DNA of 64,000 nt from Candidatus Latescibacterota bacterium (GTDB lineage: Bacteria; Latescibacterota; UBA2968; UBA8231). Location of the stretch: positions 1,920,001 through 1,984,000 of the forward strand of contig OZ242005.1 of assembly GCA_965204725.1 (NCBI GenBank). The letters are read 5' to 3'. Below, piece after piece: positions 17,666 to 27,338 of the stretch. Within the stretch, counting starts at the first letter, position 1. Every line of letters begins with the position of its first letter. A program made the position numbers and the translations under genes. The notes under the pieces are model-generated. The model searched no databases, was not told the origin of the DNA, and saw only the letters and a program-made list of their open reading frames with translations.

Positions 17666-18075
17666 TAGTCGTTGGGAGCCCCCTTTTCTATCCAAGCACG
17701 CACGGTTTCGAGCGCGGCCGGGGTCAGGTACGGTCCGTTAGGCGGCATGCGGGCTCCATCGATGTCGGCATCGGCCAAGAGTTTGCGATACAGGTAGCTG
17801 TTGTCGGGATCGCCCGGCTCGACCAGCGCGATGCCCCGGCTGCTCTCCACCCCGACGATGTTGTCGTATGCTTGCCCGGCCGACAGGTTGGGCCAAGCAC
17901 TCTTTGCATGGCAACCGCTCGAAGCGCAGGAAACATCGAATATCGTCGTTTGCACCTGCTCAAAGGTCGCCGGCCCTTGGGCAGCCGCGTCGAATACCAT
18001 CTCCGTGCTCGTGGTCGGACCGGAACAAGCGGTCCCCATACATACCAACGCGACGAGCACCATGAACACTTTCAT
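17665..18075 (-). CDS. Cytochrome c-type lipoprotein (Planctomycete-type domain) with CX4CH motif
   Basis: Lipobox GTA-C; CASSGCH; VEPGDPDNSYL; RMPP; VRAWIEKGA. Confidence 0.75.
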   Translation of the reverse strand: MKVFMVLVALVCMGTACSGPTTSTEMVFDAAAQGPATFEQVQTTIFDVSCASSGCHAKSAWPNLSAGQAYDNIVGVESSRGIALVEPGDPDNSYLYRKLLADADIDGARMPPNGPYLTPAALETVRAWIEKGAPND

Positions 18076-18209
18076 GGCCTTGCTCCTTGGAATGAACTAC
18101 ATGGGCAACTTAACCACGCCGGTCGGGCGCTGCAACGCGGGAGTGGGCTTCGCGCCGCTCGGTCCGCAACGTCATTGGGTTCGGCGCAAAAGACGCCGAC
18201 ACCCCGTCC

Positions 18210-20255
18210 TCACAAGCTCTTCTCGATCGTCGCGACAATCGCGTCTGTATCCCTTACGTCAGGAAGAGAAAGACGTTCTACAATCAGCCCTTGTGAGTCC
18301 ACCAAGTAATACGAGGGCAGGGCGTTCACTTGGTAGGACTCAGCCAAGTCCGATCCAAAGCCGTCCGCACGCACGTGGACGCCTTTGATCTCGTGTTTGT
18401 CAATCGCCTCTCGCCAAGCTCCCTCATCCGTGTCCAGCGATAAGTTGAGAAAAACAACCGGCTGGTCCGCCATCCTTTCCTTGATCGCGCGGAGGTCGGG
18501 CAAGTTGCCGATACACGGGCCGCACCAACTCGCCCAGAAATCGAACAGAATCGCTTGGCCTTTGAACTGGCTCAGCGATACGGACTGACCATCGAGGTCG
18601 TGGAGGGTAAAGTCGGGGGCGGGTTGTCCGGGTTGTAGCTTGAGGGCCTTATGCAGAACGGCTTGGACTGCCTCGTTGTATTCTGGGTACGGGTTGGTCT
18701 GCTGGAAATCTTCCCACTTGCGCTGGGCCAACGCCAAGGCGTCGAATCCGCTCTTGAAGCTATCGATCAGTTCCTCGGCCAGAAACCAGTAGAGCACTCT
18801 CCCCTTTAGTATTTCCTTGGCCAAATCATATCTCGGCGAAAAATTACTCCACCTCCCAGTACGGCTCTCCGCAGTTATCGAATCAAGCTGGGCCTGCATC
18901 GCCTCCGACAGACCAAGGCTCGATAAATCGATCCGCTCGGAGAGCTTGAGCGGCTGGCGATGTTCGTACATCGAGTCGAGTTGGGCGCGGGTGACTTCCG
19001 GCAGCCCCGATAGATCGAGTTGCTCAGAGAGCTTGGGAGGCTCTTTTGCCAGAGAATCCTGCTTTATTGCGAGTGGCAAGTAGAACGTCACAGAACCACC
19101 CGTCGTATCCACGCTAGCCGCTTCTATCTTATCTGAAGTGGAGAAGGTATAGGATTTGGACTTTTTATATAGGGAGTCGAGGCGAGCTTGGTCGGCTGCC
19201 GAAAGACCAAATACCGACAGGTCGAAGCGCTGGGAGAGCCTAGGAAAACTCTTCTCGTACATCGAATCGAGGCGGGCTTGGGACGCGGGCGACAAACCAA
19301 CGGCTGACAGATCAACCATCTGCGGCAGGCTGGGACGTTTGCTCGCTTCGTGCATTGTGTCGAGGCGGGCCAAAGTCTCCGCCGACAGCCCCAAACTCGA
19401 CAGATCAAAGACTTCGGAGAACTTAGGCCGCCAATGTCGGTCGGAATTTTTTCTCGACTTGTCCAACTCCCAGTCCAAGGTGCGCCTCAGAAAGGTGCGA
19501 TAATATCCCACGCCTATGGCCTTTTCTTCAACTAAGGGAATTTTCTGCAAAAAGCTGTAGTACTTCGCAGTGACCGCTGGGTTGTAGTGGCCATTGGCAC
19601 GGCGGTACTCCCTTGGGTAGGAAATCATGAGTGTGGCCCACTTGTAGTTGAAGTGGGCTGTCGCATAGTCGATGAATCCCGGCGAGAGTGCGTATTCTTC
19701 GCGCTCTTCAGCTAGGAACTCCAACTGATCCTGTAGCCACTGGTCCGCTTGGCGCGAGAAGTCCTCCACCTGCAGATCCTCGTAGTCCAAGCGAGGGCTC
19801 CAAAAGCGCGGAAACAACTCGGCAAGGAAGCGGTTGTTGTCCGCGTTGGAACCGCTGAACGAATAAGAGGGGCCGAAAAAACCCTCCTGCACGGTCACGT
19901 GCAGACTATCGCCGGGTTCGACGAAGAAAACCAAAGGATTGTGCCCGAAGAGGAAAGCGCCTAGCCAGTGCGTCCACTTCCACCGCTCTTTCGCAAAATT
20001 CCCCCGGACGAGGGTCCCTCGCTCGACCGGCACCTCAAAGGCGAAGCGGTCTAGGCTGTCGAGCACGACGCGCCGCTCGGCTCTTGCCAGCACCGACGGC
20101 AATTCGTAGTCAAACGCGATTTCCCGCGAGGTTGGATCCCGGATTTCGCCGGTAATGGTCGCAACCGATGGCTGGCTCTGGGTGCTTTCTGCGGCTAGAC
20201 AAGCACTCGACGCCACGAGTATGGCCATTAGGAGACTACTGTATCGGTCCGTCAT
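18210..20255 (-). CDS. TlpA/ResA-family thiol-disulfide oxidoreductase with long N-terminal extension
   Basis: C-terminal PGQPAPDFTL...DFWASWCGPC; N-terminal signal peptide. Confidence 0.85.
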   Translation of the reverse strand: MTDRYSSLLMAILVASSACLAAESTQSQPSVATITGEIRDPTSREIAFDYELPSVLARAERRVVLDSLDRFAFEVPVERGTLVRGNFAKERWKWTHWLGAFLFGHNPLVFFVEPGDSLHVTVQEGFFGPSYSFSGSNADNNRFLAELFPRFWSPRLDYEDLQVEDFSRQADQWLQDQLEFLAEEREEYALSPGFIDYATAHFNYKWATLMISYPREYRRANGHYNPAVTAKYYSFLQKIPLVEEKAIGVGYYRTFLRRTLDWELDKSRKNSDRHWRPKFSEVFDLSSLGLSAETLARLDTMHEASKRPSLPQMVDLSAVGLSPASQARLDSMYEKSFPRLSQRFDLSVFGLSAADQARLDSLYKKSKSYTFSTSDKIEAASVDTTGGSVTFYLPLAIKQDSLAKEPPKLSEQLDLSGLPEVTRAQLDSMYEHRQPLKLSERIDLSSLGLSEAMQAQLDSITAESRTGRWSNFSPRYDLAKEILKGRVLYWFLAEELIDSFKSGFDALALAQRKWEDFQQTNPYPEYNEAVQAVLHKALKLQPGQPAPDFTLHDLDGQSVSLSQFKGQAILFDFWASWCGPCIGNLPDLRAIKERMADQPVVFLNLSLDTDEGAWREAIDKHEIKGVHVRADGFGSDLAESYQVNALPSYYLVDSQGLIVERLSLPDVRDTDAIVATIEKSL

Positions 20256-20449
20256 GAGCTTTGCTCCAGTCCGCTAGCCGTACGCGCCGTGATCGAGGAA
20301 GCCAAGCAAGCGTTTCAGCCGGGGGTTCGCATCCTCTATTTTGTGCAAGGTCGGCGCAGGGCCTATTGGCGCATTGCGAGGCCGATGCCTTTCTTTGCTA
20401 CGTATAGCCAAAGTCTGGCTTGGTAGCCACCTAGCCCAAAGGAGACGCC

Positions 20450-21397
20450 GTGTACATCCAAGACCAACTCCCCCATGACCGCATTACCGACGACAACCTG
20501 AGCTATTACAAAGCCATTGGCGTCGATTACCTGACCGTCAATTCCCTCCCGCCCAACCTACACACCTACCCTGAGATGGTCGAGTACCTGACAGCAGTGC
20601 GCGACCGCGCCGCAAAAAACGGCCTCCGCTTTTACAACGCCGCCTTGACCGGCCCGGACGAAATCACCCTCGCCGGGCCAGACCGCGACGCCAAAATTGA
20701 GGAGTGGTGCAACTGGCTCCGGGCCATGGGCACCGCGGGCGTCCCGACCCTCGGCTACAATTTCAAGCCCGTAGGCAATTTCCGCACGCCCTCAGCCACC
20801 GGCCGCGGCGGCGCCCACTACAGCACCTTCACCTACACAGAATACGAAAAAGAAAACCACGACTATCCAGCCAAGTACATCGACGAGGCCGGGATGTGGG
20901 CCAATATATCCTACTTGCACCAGCGCATCGTCCCGGTCGCCGAGGAAGCGGGCGTCACCTTGGCCCTGCACCCGGACGATCCCCCGTTACCCGAGCCGAT
21001 GGGCGGCGCAGCGCGGATTGTCTCCACCCTCGACCAATACGAGCGCATCTTCGCCCTCAACCCCAGTCCCCAAAACGCCATGCTGTTCTGTCAGGGCTGC
21101 GTCACCGAAATGGGCATTGACGTGTACGAGGGCATCCGCCGCATGGGCCGCCAAGGCAAAATCGCCTACGTCCACTTCCGCAACGTGCGCGGCACACCCA
21201 AGGATTTTAGGGAGGTCTTTATCGACGAGGGCGACGTCGATATGTTCCGGGCGATGCAGACCTACAAGGAGGTGGGCTTTAACGGGCCGTTTATGATGGA
21301 CCACACCCCGTCCATCGCCGGCGACCAAGGCGGGCGTCAGGGCCATGCCTATGCCACCGGCTTCATCCGCGCCATGATCCAAGCCGTCTATCGCTGA
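20450..21397 (+). CDS. uxuA: Mannonate dehydratase family protein
   Basis: LGYNF, LALHPDDPP, FCQG, VHFRNVRG, EVFIDEGDVDM, DHTP. Confidence 0.8.
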   Translation: MYIQDQLPHDRITDDNLSYYKAIGVDYLTVNSLPPNLHTYPEMVEYLTAVRDRAAKNGLRFYNAALTGPDEITLAGPDRDAKIEEWCNWLRAMGTAGVPTLGYNFKPVGNFRTPSATGRGGAHYSTFTYTEYEKENHDYPAKYIDEAGMWANISYLHQRIVPVAEEAGVTLALHPDDPPLPEPMGGAARIVSTLDQYERIFALNPSPQNAMLFCQGCVTEMGIDVYEGIRRMGRQGKIAYVHFRNVRGTPKDFREVFIDEGDVDMFRAMQTYKEVGFNGPFMMDHTPSIAGDQGGRQGHAYATGFIRAMIQAVYR

Positions 21398-21424
21398 TCC
21401 AACCCTACCAACGGCGGAAGGCGG

Positions 21425-21919
21425 TCAATCTATCCGGTCCATCGCTTCAATGGCTTGGTCAAAGGCCGGATCGTCCACCCAAGTACCGGCCAAGTCGTCT
21501 AGATCGTGGTGCCGCACGGTCTGTTCCGTTCTCGCTCCGGCGCGGTCGGAATCGTCGAGGAGGGCCAGCATCCGGGAGACAAAGCGATGAACGACCGGAC
21601 GTTCCTGTTCAATCTCGTATTCTTCCATGTCATTGTGGAAGAAATTTTTGTGGAAGTCTTCCGCCGCTAAGAATCCGGCGAGAATGAGCGGGTCGTTATA
21701 CTCCTGTTCCAGCCGAAAAATGGCGTTTTTCATGGCGCGATGGCTGCGGTACTGCCAATCCCGCTGTTGGGCAATGGCGGTTACGATGTGGGTGGCAGCA
21801 CCATAGAGCTTTTCCGAAGCCTGTAAACGCTCGCCAGCAGCAAATTCCCGATCAGAGGCCGCTAGAAATTCCAAGGCCGTCTGAGTGTGCTCTTGGGTTG
21901 TCATTTCTCTAGCATTCAT
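21425..21919 (-). CDS. PaREP1/HEPN-like protein with an antitoxin-like C-terminal tail
   Basis: QASEKLYGAA, SHR, FHKNFFH; tail HHDLDDLAGTWVDDPAFDQAIEAMDRID. Confidence 0.65.
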   Translation of the reverse strand: MNAREMTTQEHTQTALEFLAASDREFAAGERLQASEKLYGAATHIVTAIAQQRDWQYRSHRAMKNAIFRLEQEYNDPLILAGFLAAEDFHKNFFHNDMEEYEIEQERPVVHRFVSRMLALLDDSDRAGARTEQTVRHHDLDDLAGTWVDDPAFDQAIEAMDRID

Positions 21920-21934
21920 GAGTTTTCCTTCGGC

Positions 21935-23104
21935 TTAGCCCGCGGCCGCGCGCAGCGCCTCGGCCATCTTCCGCACCTTGGCCTTGGTGTTGTTCGGGTG
22001 CATGGGGACCAAGACGGCGCGCGCCAAAACATCGAGCGAGTCCGCGCACGTCTTGAGCTTGTATTTGACCCGCGCCTTGCGGTTGGCCGGGAGCTTAAAG
22101 GGATTCAGTGCCGGATGGTGCGCGCCTTGGTAGCGCAAAATAGGCTCCCAGCGCGTATAGACGTGGCGGCCGGTATCCATGGGCAAAAAGGAGCGCATGT
22201 CTTGGGCGGCCAATCGGTTGCAAAAGGAGCGCGCCTCGTCCTCGGTGGCAAACAAAAAGCCCAAGTGCGTGCCGCACTCGTGATCCAAGCTGTTGTTTTT
22301 TATGGACTCCAATCCCACCTCTAGCCCGACCTGTAGCAGCTCCTGCTTGTGAGAACGCATCGTCTTGAGCATCCCCCGGATTCGCCGCAACTGCACGTTG
22401 AGTATGGCCCCCTCCACTTCAGAAGCCCGGAAATTGGGGCCGGCAAATTGCAGATCTTCGCGCTCTTCGTCCGGGTTCCAATAAAAGGAGCAGCAATCCA
22501 CCGCCACCGAGCCGCGCTGATGCACCGCCTCGGCATTAGTTACAAAAGCCCCGCCCTCGCCGCAGGTCATGTTCTTAAAAAAGTTGAAACTAAACGCGCC
22601 GGCGTGGCCCCAACTGCCCAACATCCGGCCCTCGTAGCCCCCGCCCACCGCCTGACAGGCGTCTTCGAGAACGAGCAAGTCGCGTTTGCGGGCGATCTTG
22701 GCAATTTTCTTCATATCGCAAGGCAAGCCGACCATGTGGACCGGAATAATTGCCTTGGTGTGCTTTGTAATGCGTCGCTTTAAGTCCTTGGGACACAACG
22801 TCAAGGACGTATCTACATCGGCGATTACCGGAATGGCCCCGGCCCCTAACACCGCCAAGGCGGTCGCCATGTAGGTATAGGCCGGTACAATCACCTGATC
22901 CCCCGGCCCCACGCCCAATCCCACTAAGGCGGCGTACAGTGCCGAGGTCCCCGAGCGCGTCATCCGACAGTGCTCCACGCCCACGTACCGCGCCCAGTTC
23001 CTTTCAAAGCGGTCGCACTCTCCATTTGATCCATAGCGGAAGATCGCGCCGCTCTCGAACAGCCGCTGTAGTTGCTTGGTTTCTGCTTGGCCAATGCGAT
23101 ACAC
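21935..23104 (-). CDS. DegT/DnrJ/EryC1/StrS PLP aminotransferase
   Basis: SGTSAL, PVHMVG, EDACQA, FSFNFFKNMTCGEGG. Confidence 0.9.
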   Translation of the reverse strand: MYRIGQAETKQLQRLFESGAIFRYGSNGECDRFERNWARYVGVEHCRMTRSGTSALYAALVGLGVGPGDQVIVPAYTYMATALAVLGAGAIPVIADVDTSLTLCPKDLKRRITKHTKAIIPVHMVGLPCDMKKIAKIARKRDLLVLEDACQAVGGGYEGRMLGSWGHAGAFSFNFFKNMTCGEGGAFVTNAEAVHQRGSVAVDCCSFYWNPDEEREDLQFAGPNFRASEVEGAILNVQLRRIRGMLKTMRSHKQELLQVGLEVGLESIKNNSLDHECGTHLGFLFATEDEARSFCNRLAAQDMRSFLPMDTGRHVYTRWEPILRYQGAHHPALNPFKLPANRKARVKYKLKTCADSLDVLARAVLVPMHPNNTKAKVRKMAEALRAAAG

Positions 23105-23115
23105 GATAGACTCCT

Positions 23116-24855
23116 TTAGACGAGTTCCAGTTCGACCCAGCGTCGAACCGAATTAATAATATAGAGGGCGTCGGCTCGCGCCAATTCGCCGATGGGCAAA
23201 GGGCGTGCGTGGAGTTGACCCTGCGCCAACAGCTCGGCGCGGAACGTGCCGGCCAACAGCCCGGATTCGACCGGGGGCGTGTAGCGGACGCCAGCGCGCT
23301 CCAGCACCAAGTTGCCGATGCAGCACTCGGTCAGCTCGCCGCGCTCGTTGTACAGCACCACGTCGTCGCAATCCGGGCGCGCCGCCAGCCGCTGGTCGTA
23401 CAAGGCCCGGTGGGTCGTCTTGTGGTACAGCAAGGGGTCGGCGCTATCTACGGCCGCATGGGCTAGGGCCACCCGCAGCCGCCGCGCCGGCGCGAGTGCC
23501 TCGTGCTGCAAGCGGATCGCGCCGGCGCGAGAAAGCCGCAAGCGCACCCGACACCGGCCCTCCAGCGCGTGGGCCGCGTCTTGCAACCGCGCCCGGACGC
23601 GGTCGCCCGCATAGCAAAACCCCCAGTACGCTGCCGACTGAGACAATCGCTCTAAATGCCTGTCCAACAAAAAATAAGCCCCCTCTTCATACAGCAACGT
23701 CTCCACCAGTTCAAAAGACGGGTGCGGCCGGGCGCGCAAGACCTCGGCCTTGACGAGGCATTCGGCGTATTCTTCTGCTGCCGATGAGGCCCAGACGATC
23801 CCGCCGCCCACGCCAAATTCGAGCTGGTCCTGCTCGCGGTCGAGATGCGCCGTGCGAATCGCCACGTTGAAGCACGCCTCCGGCCCGGGCGACACATAGC
23901 CCAAGCAGCCGGTGTAAATGCCGCGCGGGGCGCGCTCCAGTTCGGCGATGATGGCCATGGTCCGCACCTTGGGCGCGCCGGTCACCGAGCCGCAGGGGAA
24001 AAGCGCGGCAAAAACGTCGGGCAAGCGCACGCCGGCTTTGAGTTGGCTGGCCACCGTAGAAGTTAGCTGCCAAACCGTGGGATAGCGTTCGACCGACCAC
24101 AGGGCCGGAACCGCCACGCTGCCGACTTGCGAGATCCGCCCCAAGTCGTTGCGCAACATATCTGCGACCATCAGGTTTTCGGCGCGGTCCTTGGCGGAAT
24201 GTTGCAGGGCGTCGGCCCGCTGCCGATCCTCGGCCGCAAAGCGGCCCCGCGGCCGGGTGCCCTTCATGGGCCGCACCGTGCAACGCCCGTTGTGCAGGCG
24301 GAAGAACAGCTCGGGCGACGCTGAGATCAGCACGTGCCGACCCAAGTCGAGATACGCGCACAACGCGGACTCCTGCCCCTGCCCCATGTCGCGGTACAGC
24401 GCCCGCGGATCGCCGCGGAAGCGGCTGTGCAAGCGCAAGGTGTAATTGACTTGGTACGTGTCGCCGGCCGCAATATAGGCGCGGATGCGCTCAATGGCGG
24501 CCTCGTATTCCTCCCGCGACACCGACGGCCGCCATTGGTCCAATTCGTAGGAGCCCAAGCTATCGCTGGGCGCGGCCACCGGCAGCCGCTCCTCAAAGAG
24601 ACCAAAGTACACTAGGGGAAGCGCGTCAGCGGGACGGGTGGTGAAGGCCGGGTCCAGTCCAGCCGCGGCCTCGTAGCAGACAAAGCCTACAGCGTGTAGT
24701 CCTTGCTCCACCGCCCGCTCCACCGCGCTGAGGGCCGGGCGCACCTCCTCTGCCGCTGCGGCCACGACCTCCCCCACCGGATGGGTAAACGCAAAGGAGC
24801 GCTCCTGCCCGCTGCGGGCATAGGACGACAACAGCACTGGACTTTCTATACCCAT
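23116..24855 (-). CDS. pabB: Aminodeoxychorismate synthase component I fused to a class IV (PabC-like) domain
   Basis: GDTYQVNYT, SPELF, PMKGT, AENLM..DMLRNDLG, FPCGSVTGAPK; C-terminal HKTTHR, GLLAGTFR. Confidence 0.9.
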   Translation of the reverse strand: MGIESPVLLSSYARSGQERSFAFTHPVGEVVAAAAEEVRPALSAVERAVEQGLHAVGFVCYEAAAGLDPAFTTRPADALPLVYFGLFEERLPVAAPSDSLGSYELDQWRPSVSREEYEAAIERIRAYIAAGDTYQVNYTLRLHSRFRGDPRALYRDMGQGQESALCAYLDLGRHVLISASPELFFRLHNGRCTVRPMKGTRPRGRFAAEDRQRADALQHSAKDRAENLMVADMLRNDLGRISQVGSVAVPALWSVERYPTVWQLTSTVASQLKAGVRLPDVFAALFPCGSVTGAPKVRTMAIIAELERAPRGIYTGCLGYVSPGPEACFNVAIRTAHLDREQDQLEFGVGGGIVWASSAAEEYAECLVKAEVLRARPHPSFELVETLLYEEGAYFLLDRHLERLSQSAAYWGFCYAGDRVRARLQDAAHALEGRCRVRLRLSRAGAIRLQHEALAPARRLRVALAHAAVDSADPLLYHKTTHRALYDQRLAARPDCDDVVLYNERGELTECCIGNLVLERAGVRYTPPVESGLLAGTFRAELLAQGQLHARPLPIGELARADALYIINSVRRWVELELV

Positions 24856-24900
24856 GTCTTTGGCAAAGAATTCTCTTAGCGTCCCCAACGACGCCGATCG

Positions 24901-25710
24901 CTAGCCTGCCGCCTCGCCGGGCTGGTACTCAATGCGCCGCATGAAACGCTCGCCGACATCGTAGTTTGGCTGGTCGGAGACAAAGCGCCACAAGCGCACG
25001 CGCTGCATCAGTTCGTAGCGATGCTCGTTGCCCTCCCAGCCGTGGTTGGTCGATAGGATGGGGCCGATTGCAGGATCGTCCAGATCCGCGGTGTCAAAGT
25101 TGCAGACCTGCGGCCGCGTCGGGTTGAGCCGCAACTTGTACATGAAGCGGTCCCGAGCCGTGTAGTTGCTGCGCGCCCCGTGCCAGACGCGGGTGTTCCA
25201 CACGTACATGGTCCCCGCCGGGCAGGTCGCCCAGACCTTGCCCCGCATGTGGTGGTAAATGGCGATCTCCCCGGTGCGCACATTGCGGAATTGCGTTCCC
25301 GGCACTAAGAAAGTACCGCCCATCTCGTCTGTTGTATCTGCGGGGAACAGCGATAGCTGGATATCGAAGTAATGGTCGCGGAAGTCGATGACCGAGTCTT
25401 GGTGCATATTGGGGCCTTTGGTTTGCTCGGCCTTGGTCAAGTGCGCGGCGTGGTGGTCGTACAGGGGATCGGGGCCAACCAAGGAGTGGATGAGTCCCTG
25501 GACCTGCGGCAGGCGGAACGCATCGCCCAAAGCCGTGCCTTTGGGCCAAGTCTCCTCAAACGGGGTCCCCACGGCGAGATAGCCCTTATTGTGGTGCATT
25601 TCCTCAAGGCAGGCTCGGCACAGATCTTTAGGGACCATTTCTTCAAACTTCAAATACCCCGAGGCGACAAATTGCGCCATCTGCTTCGAGTTCAAAAGAT
25701 GCTCTTTCAC
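24901..25710 (-). CDS. Phytanoyl-CoA dioxygenase (PhyH)-family Fe(II)/2-OG oxygenase
   Basis: HQD (HxD), GGTFLVPGT, VWHG, terminal R. Confidence 0.8.
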   Translation of the reverse strand: MKEHLLNSKQMAQFVASGYLKFEEMVPKDLCRACLEEMHHNKGYLAVGTPFEETWPKGTALGDAFRLPQVQGLIHSLVGPDPLYDHHAAHLTKAEQTKGPNMHQDSVIDFRDHYFDIQLSLFPADTTDEMGGTFLVPGTQFRNVRTGEIAIYHHMRGKVWATCPAGTMYVWNTRVWHGARSNYTARDRFMYKLRLNPTRPQVCNFDTADLDDPAIGPILSTNHGWEGNEHRYELMQRVRLWRFVSDQPNYDVGERFMRRIEYQPGEAAG

Positions 25711-26006
25711 GATGTGGCTCCTTCCTCTTTTTGCAGCTCGTTGAATTTCGACAACACGATCTGGTAGGGCAGCGGCCCCAGTTCATAGCCCTCTTGGGGC
25801 GAGCGATGCTTGAGTTCCGACATCTGGATGACTTGCCAGCCATCGCGCAGGGCCGCCATGGCGTTGTGGTAGGGCGGCTCGCTCTCCTCGACCAAGTCGC
25901 CTAGGCCCGTCCCCTTGGAGGCTTCGTAGCGCGCCCAAGCGACGACTTGGGCGTCGAGCGCGGGCGTGGTCTGAAAAAGTACTAGAATGTCTTGCACTGC
26001 GGTCAT
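25707..26006 (-). CDS. Small hypothetical protein (99 aa) translationally coupled to the PhyH gene
   Basis: MTAVQDILVL...PYHNAMAALRDGWQVIQ; RBS GGAAGG; GTGA overlap with PhyH. Confidence 0.7.
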   Translation of the reverse strand: MTAVQDILVLFQTTPALDAQVVAWARYEASKGTGLGDLVEESEPPYHNAMAALRDGWQVIQMSELKHRSPQEGYELGPLPYQIVLSKFNELQKEEGATS

Positions 26007-26101
26007 AAAAAAGCCTTCCGGTGATATGGGGTTGAAGGTTGAAATTGCCGAGCGGTGTCCATTAAAAGTTAAAAATAGAGAACCTGTCGCCGCGCCGGCC
26101 G

Positions 26102-27070
26102 CTAATGCGTCCGCGCCAAGGGCGTCCATTCGGAGAGCGCGTCCAACTCCGTTCGTTCCCCATCCCCCAACTCCACTTCCAACGCGCCAAAGACCTCCTC
26201 CACGTGCTCGGGGCGGTCTGGGCCGATGATCGGTGCGGTAACATCCTCGTTGGCCAATATCCAAGCGATCGCGACCTGCGCCGGGGTTTTGTCCTGTGCT
26301 CGACCGATCTCGGTTAGCTTCTGCACGATTCGCTCGGCTTGGTCGCTCAGGGCCGCTGCAAACCGCCCATCGTCCTGCCAAGCACTATCGGTCGGCGGCT
26401 TTTGCCCGCGCCTAAAGCGGCCGCTCAACAGGCCGACGGCCAGCGGACTATAGGTCATCATACCGAGGCCGTACTGCCGACACAAAGGCAATAGCTCCGG
26501 CTCCACTTCCCAGCGCTGCAATAGGTTGTACTGATTTTGTAAGGTGAACAATGGGTCTAGCCCCCGGCGATCCGCCGTCCACAATGCCTCCACCACTTGG
26601 GCGGCGGTAAAATTGCAGGCGCCCACATAGCGCACCTTGCCCTGCCGCACCAAGTCGTCAAACGCCCGCAGCGTCTCGTCGAGTGCGGTGTCGGCATCCC
26701 AGTGGTGCAGCAAGTATATATCGACGTAATCCGTGCCCAAGCGCTTGAGCGACCGCTCGATCTCGCGCATGATGGCAAAGCGCGACAGGCCGCGGTCGTT
26801 GGGGCCATCGCCTACGGGGCTCCAGACTTTGGTCGTGATCACCAGATCGTCGCGCTTGCCCTTGATGGCCTTGCCCAACAGCGCTTCGCAACGGCCCTGA
26901 AAGTAGTAGTTGGCGCAATCGAGGAAATTGCACCCCAAGTCGAGGGCGGTCTCAACCGTGCGCACAGCGGTCGCCTCGTCTGTGTGCCCGTGCCAGTACC
27001 CGCGGAAGGCCGTGCCCAAGCACAGCCGCGAGACCTTGACCCCAGCCCGTCCCAATCGCACGTACTCCAT
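26102..27070 (-). CDS. Aldo/keto reductase
   Basis: VSRLCLGT, DCANYY, TKV, DIYLLH, GKVRYVG, QNQYNLL, YSPLAVGLL. Confidence 0.92.
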   Translation of the reverse strand: MEYVRLGRAGVKVSRLCLGTAFRGYWHGHTDEATAVRTVETALDLGCNFLDCANYYFQGRCEALLGKAIKGKRDDLVITTKVWSPVGDGPNDRGLSRFAIMREIERSLKRLGTDYVDIYLLHHWDADTALDETLRAFDDLVRQGKVRYVGACNFTAAQVVEALWTADRRGLDPLFTLQNQYNLLQRWEVEPELLPLCRQYGLGMMTYSPLAVGLLSGRFRRGQKPPTDSAWQDDGRFAAALSDQAERIVQKLTEIGRAQDKTPAQVAIAWILANEDVTAPIIGPDRPEHVEEVFGALEVELGDGERTELDALSEWTPLARTH

Positions 27071-27338
27071 GATTTCTCCTAGTCCAGTTTGATTGGCAAG
27101 TTATATGTCGGCGCATTCACGGGCCGCGCCAAGCCGATTTCGAGGCGGATTTCAGTCCCCGGCAGCAAGCCTATATTCTCTCGTTTCTCGCAAGGTTCCG
27201 CCCCCTTGACGTAATTCCTACAGCTATACTATGTATATGTATAAGCTGAGCACTGGAAATACTCAAGAAAACCTTTATCGATAAGATACGGGAGATGATG
27301 GAAATGCTCTCAGGACTACCCAGAGGCTGAGGACGCCC

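Noticed and set aside
20256-20449. Possible gene remnant (VRAVIEEAKQAFQPG…) between tlpA and uxuA
   Set aside because: There is no start codon or RBS and it is too short to support; the region is a divergent promoter interval.
6838-27200. Shared TATATTCTC...CGCAAGGTT at the starts of two AT-richer inserts (6838 and 27172) as a possible common integration site
   Set aside because: The spacing differs, the matches are short and TATATT is adequately explained as a -10 box. No matching right-hand ends or attC-like structures were found.
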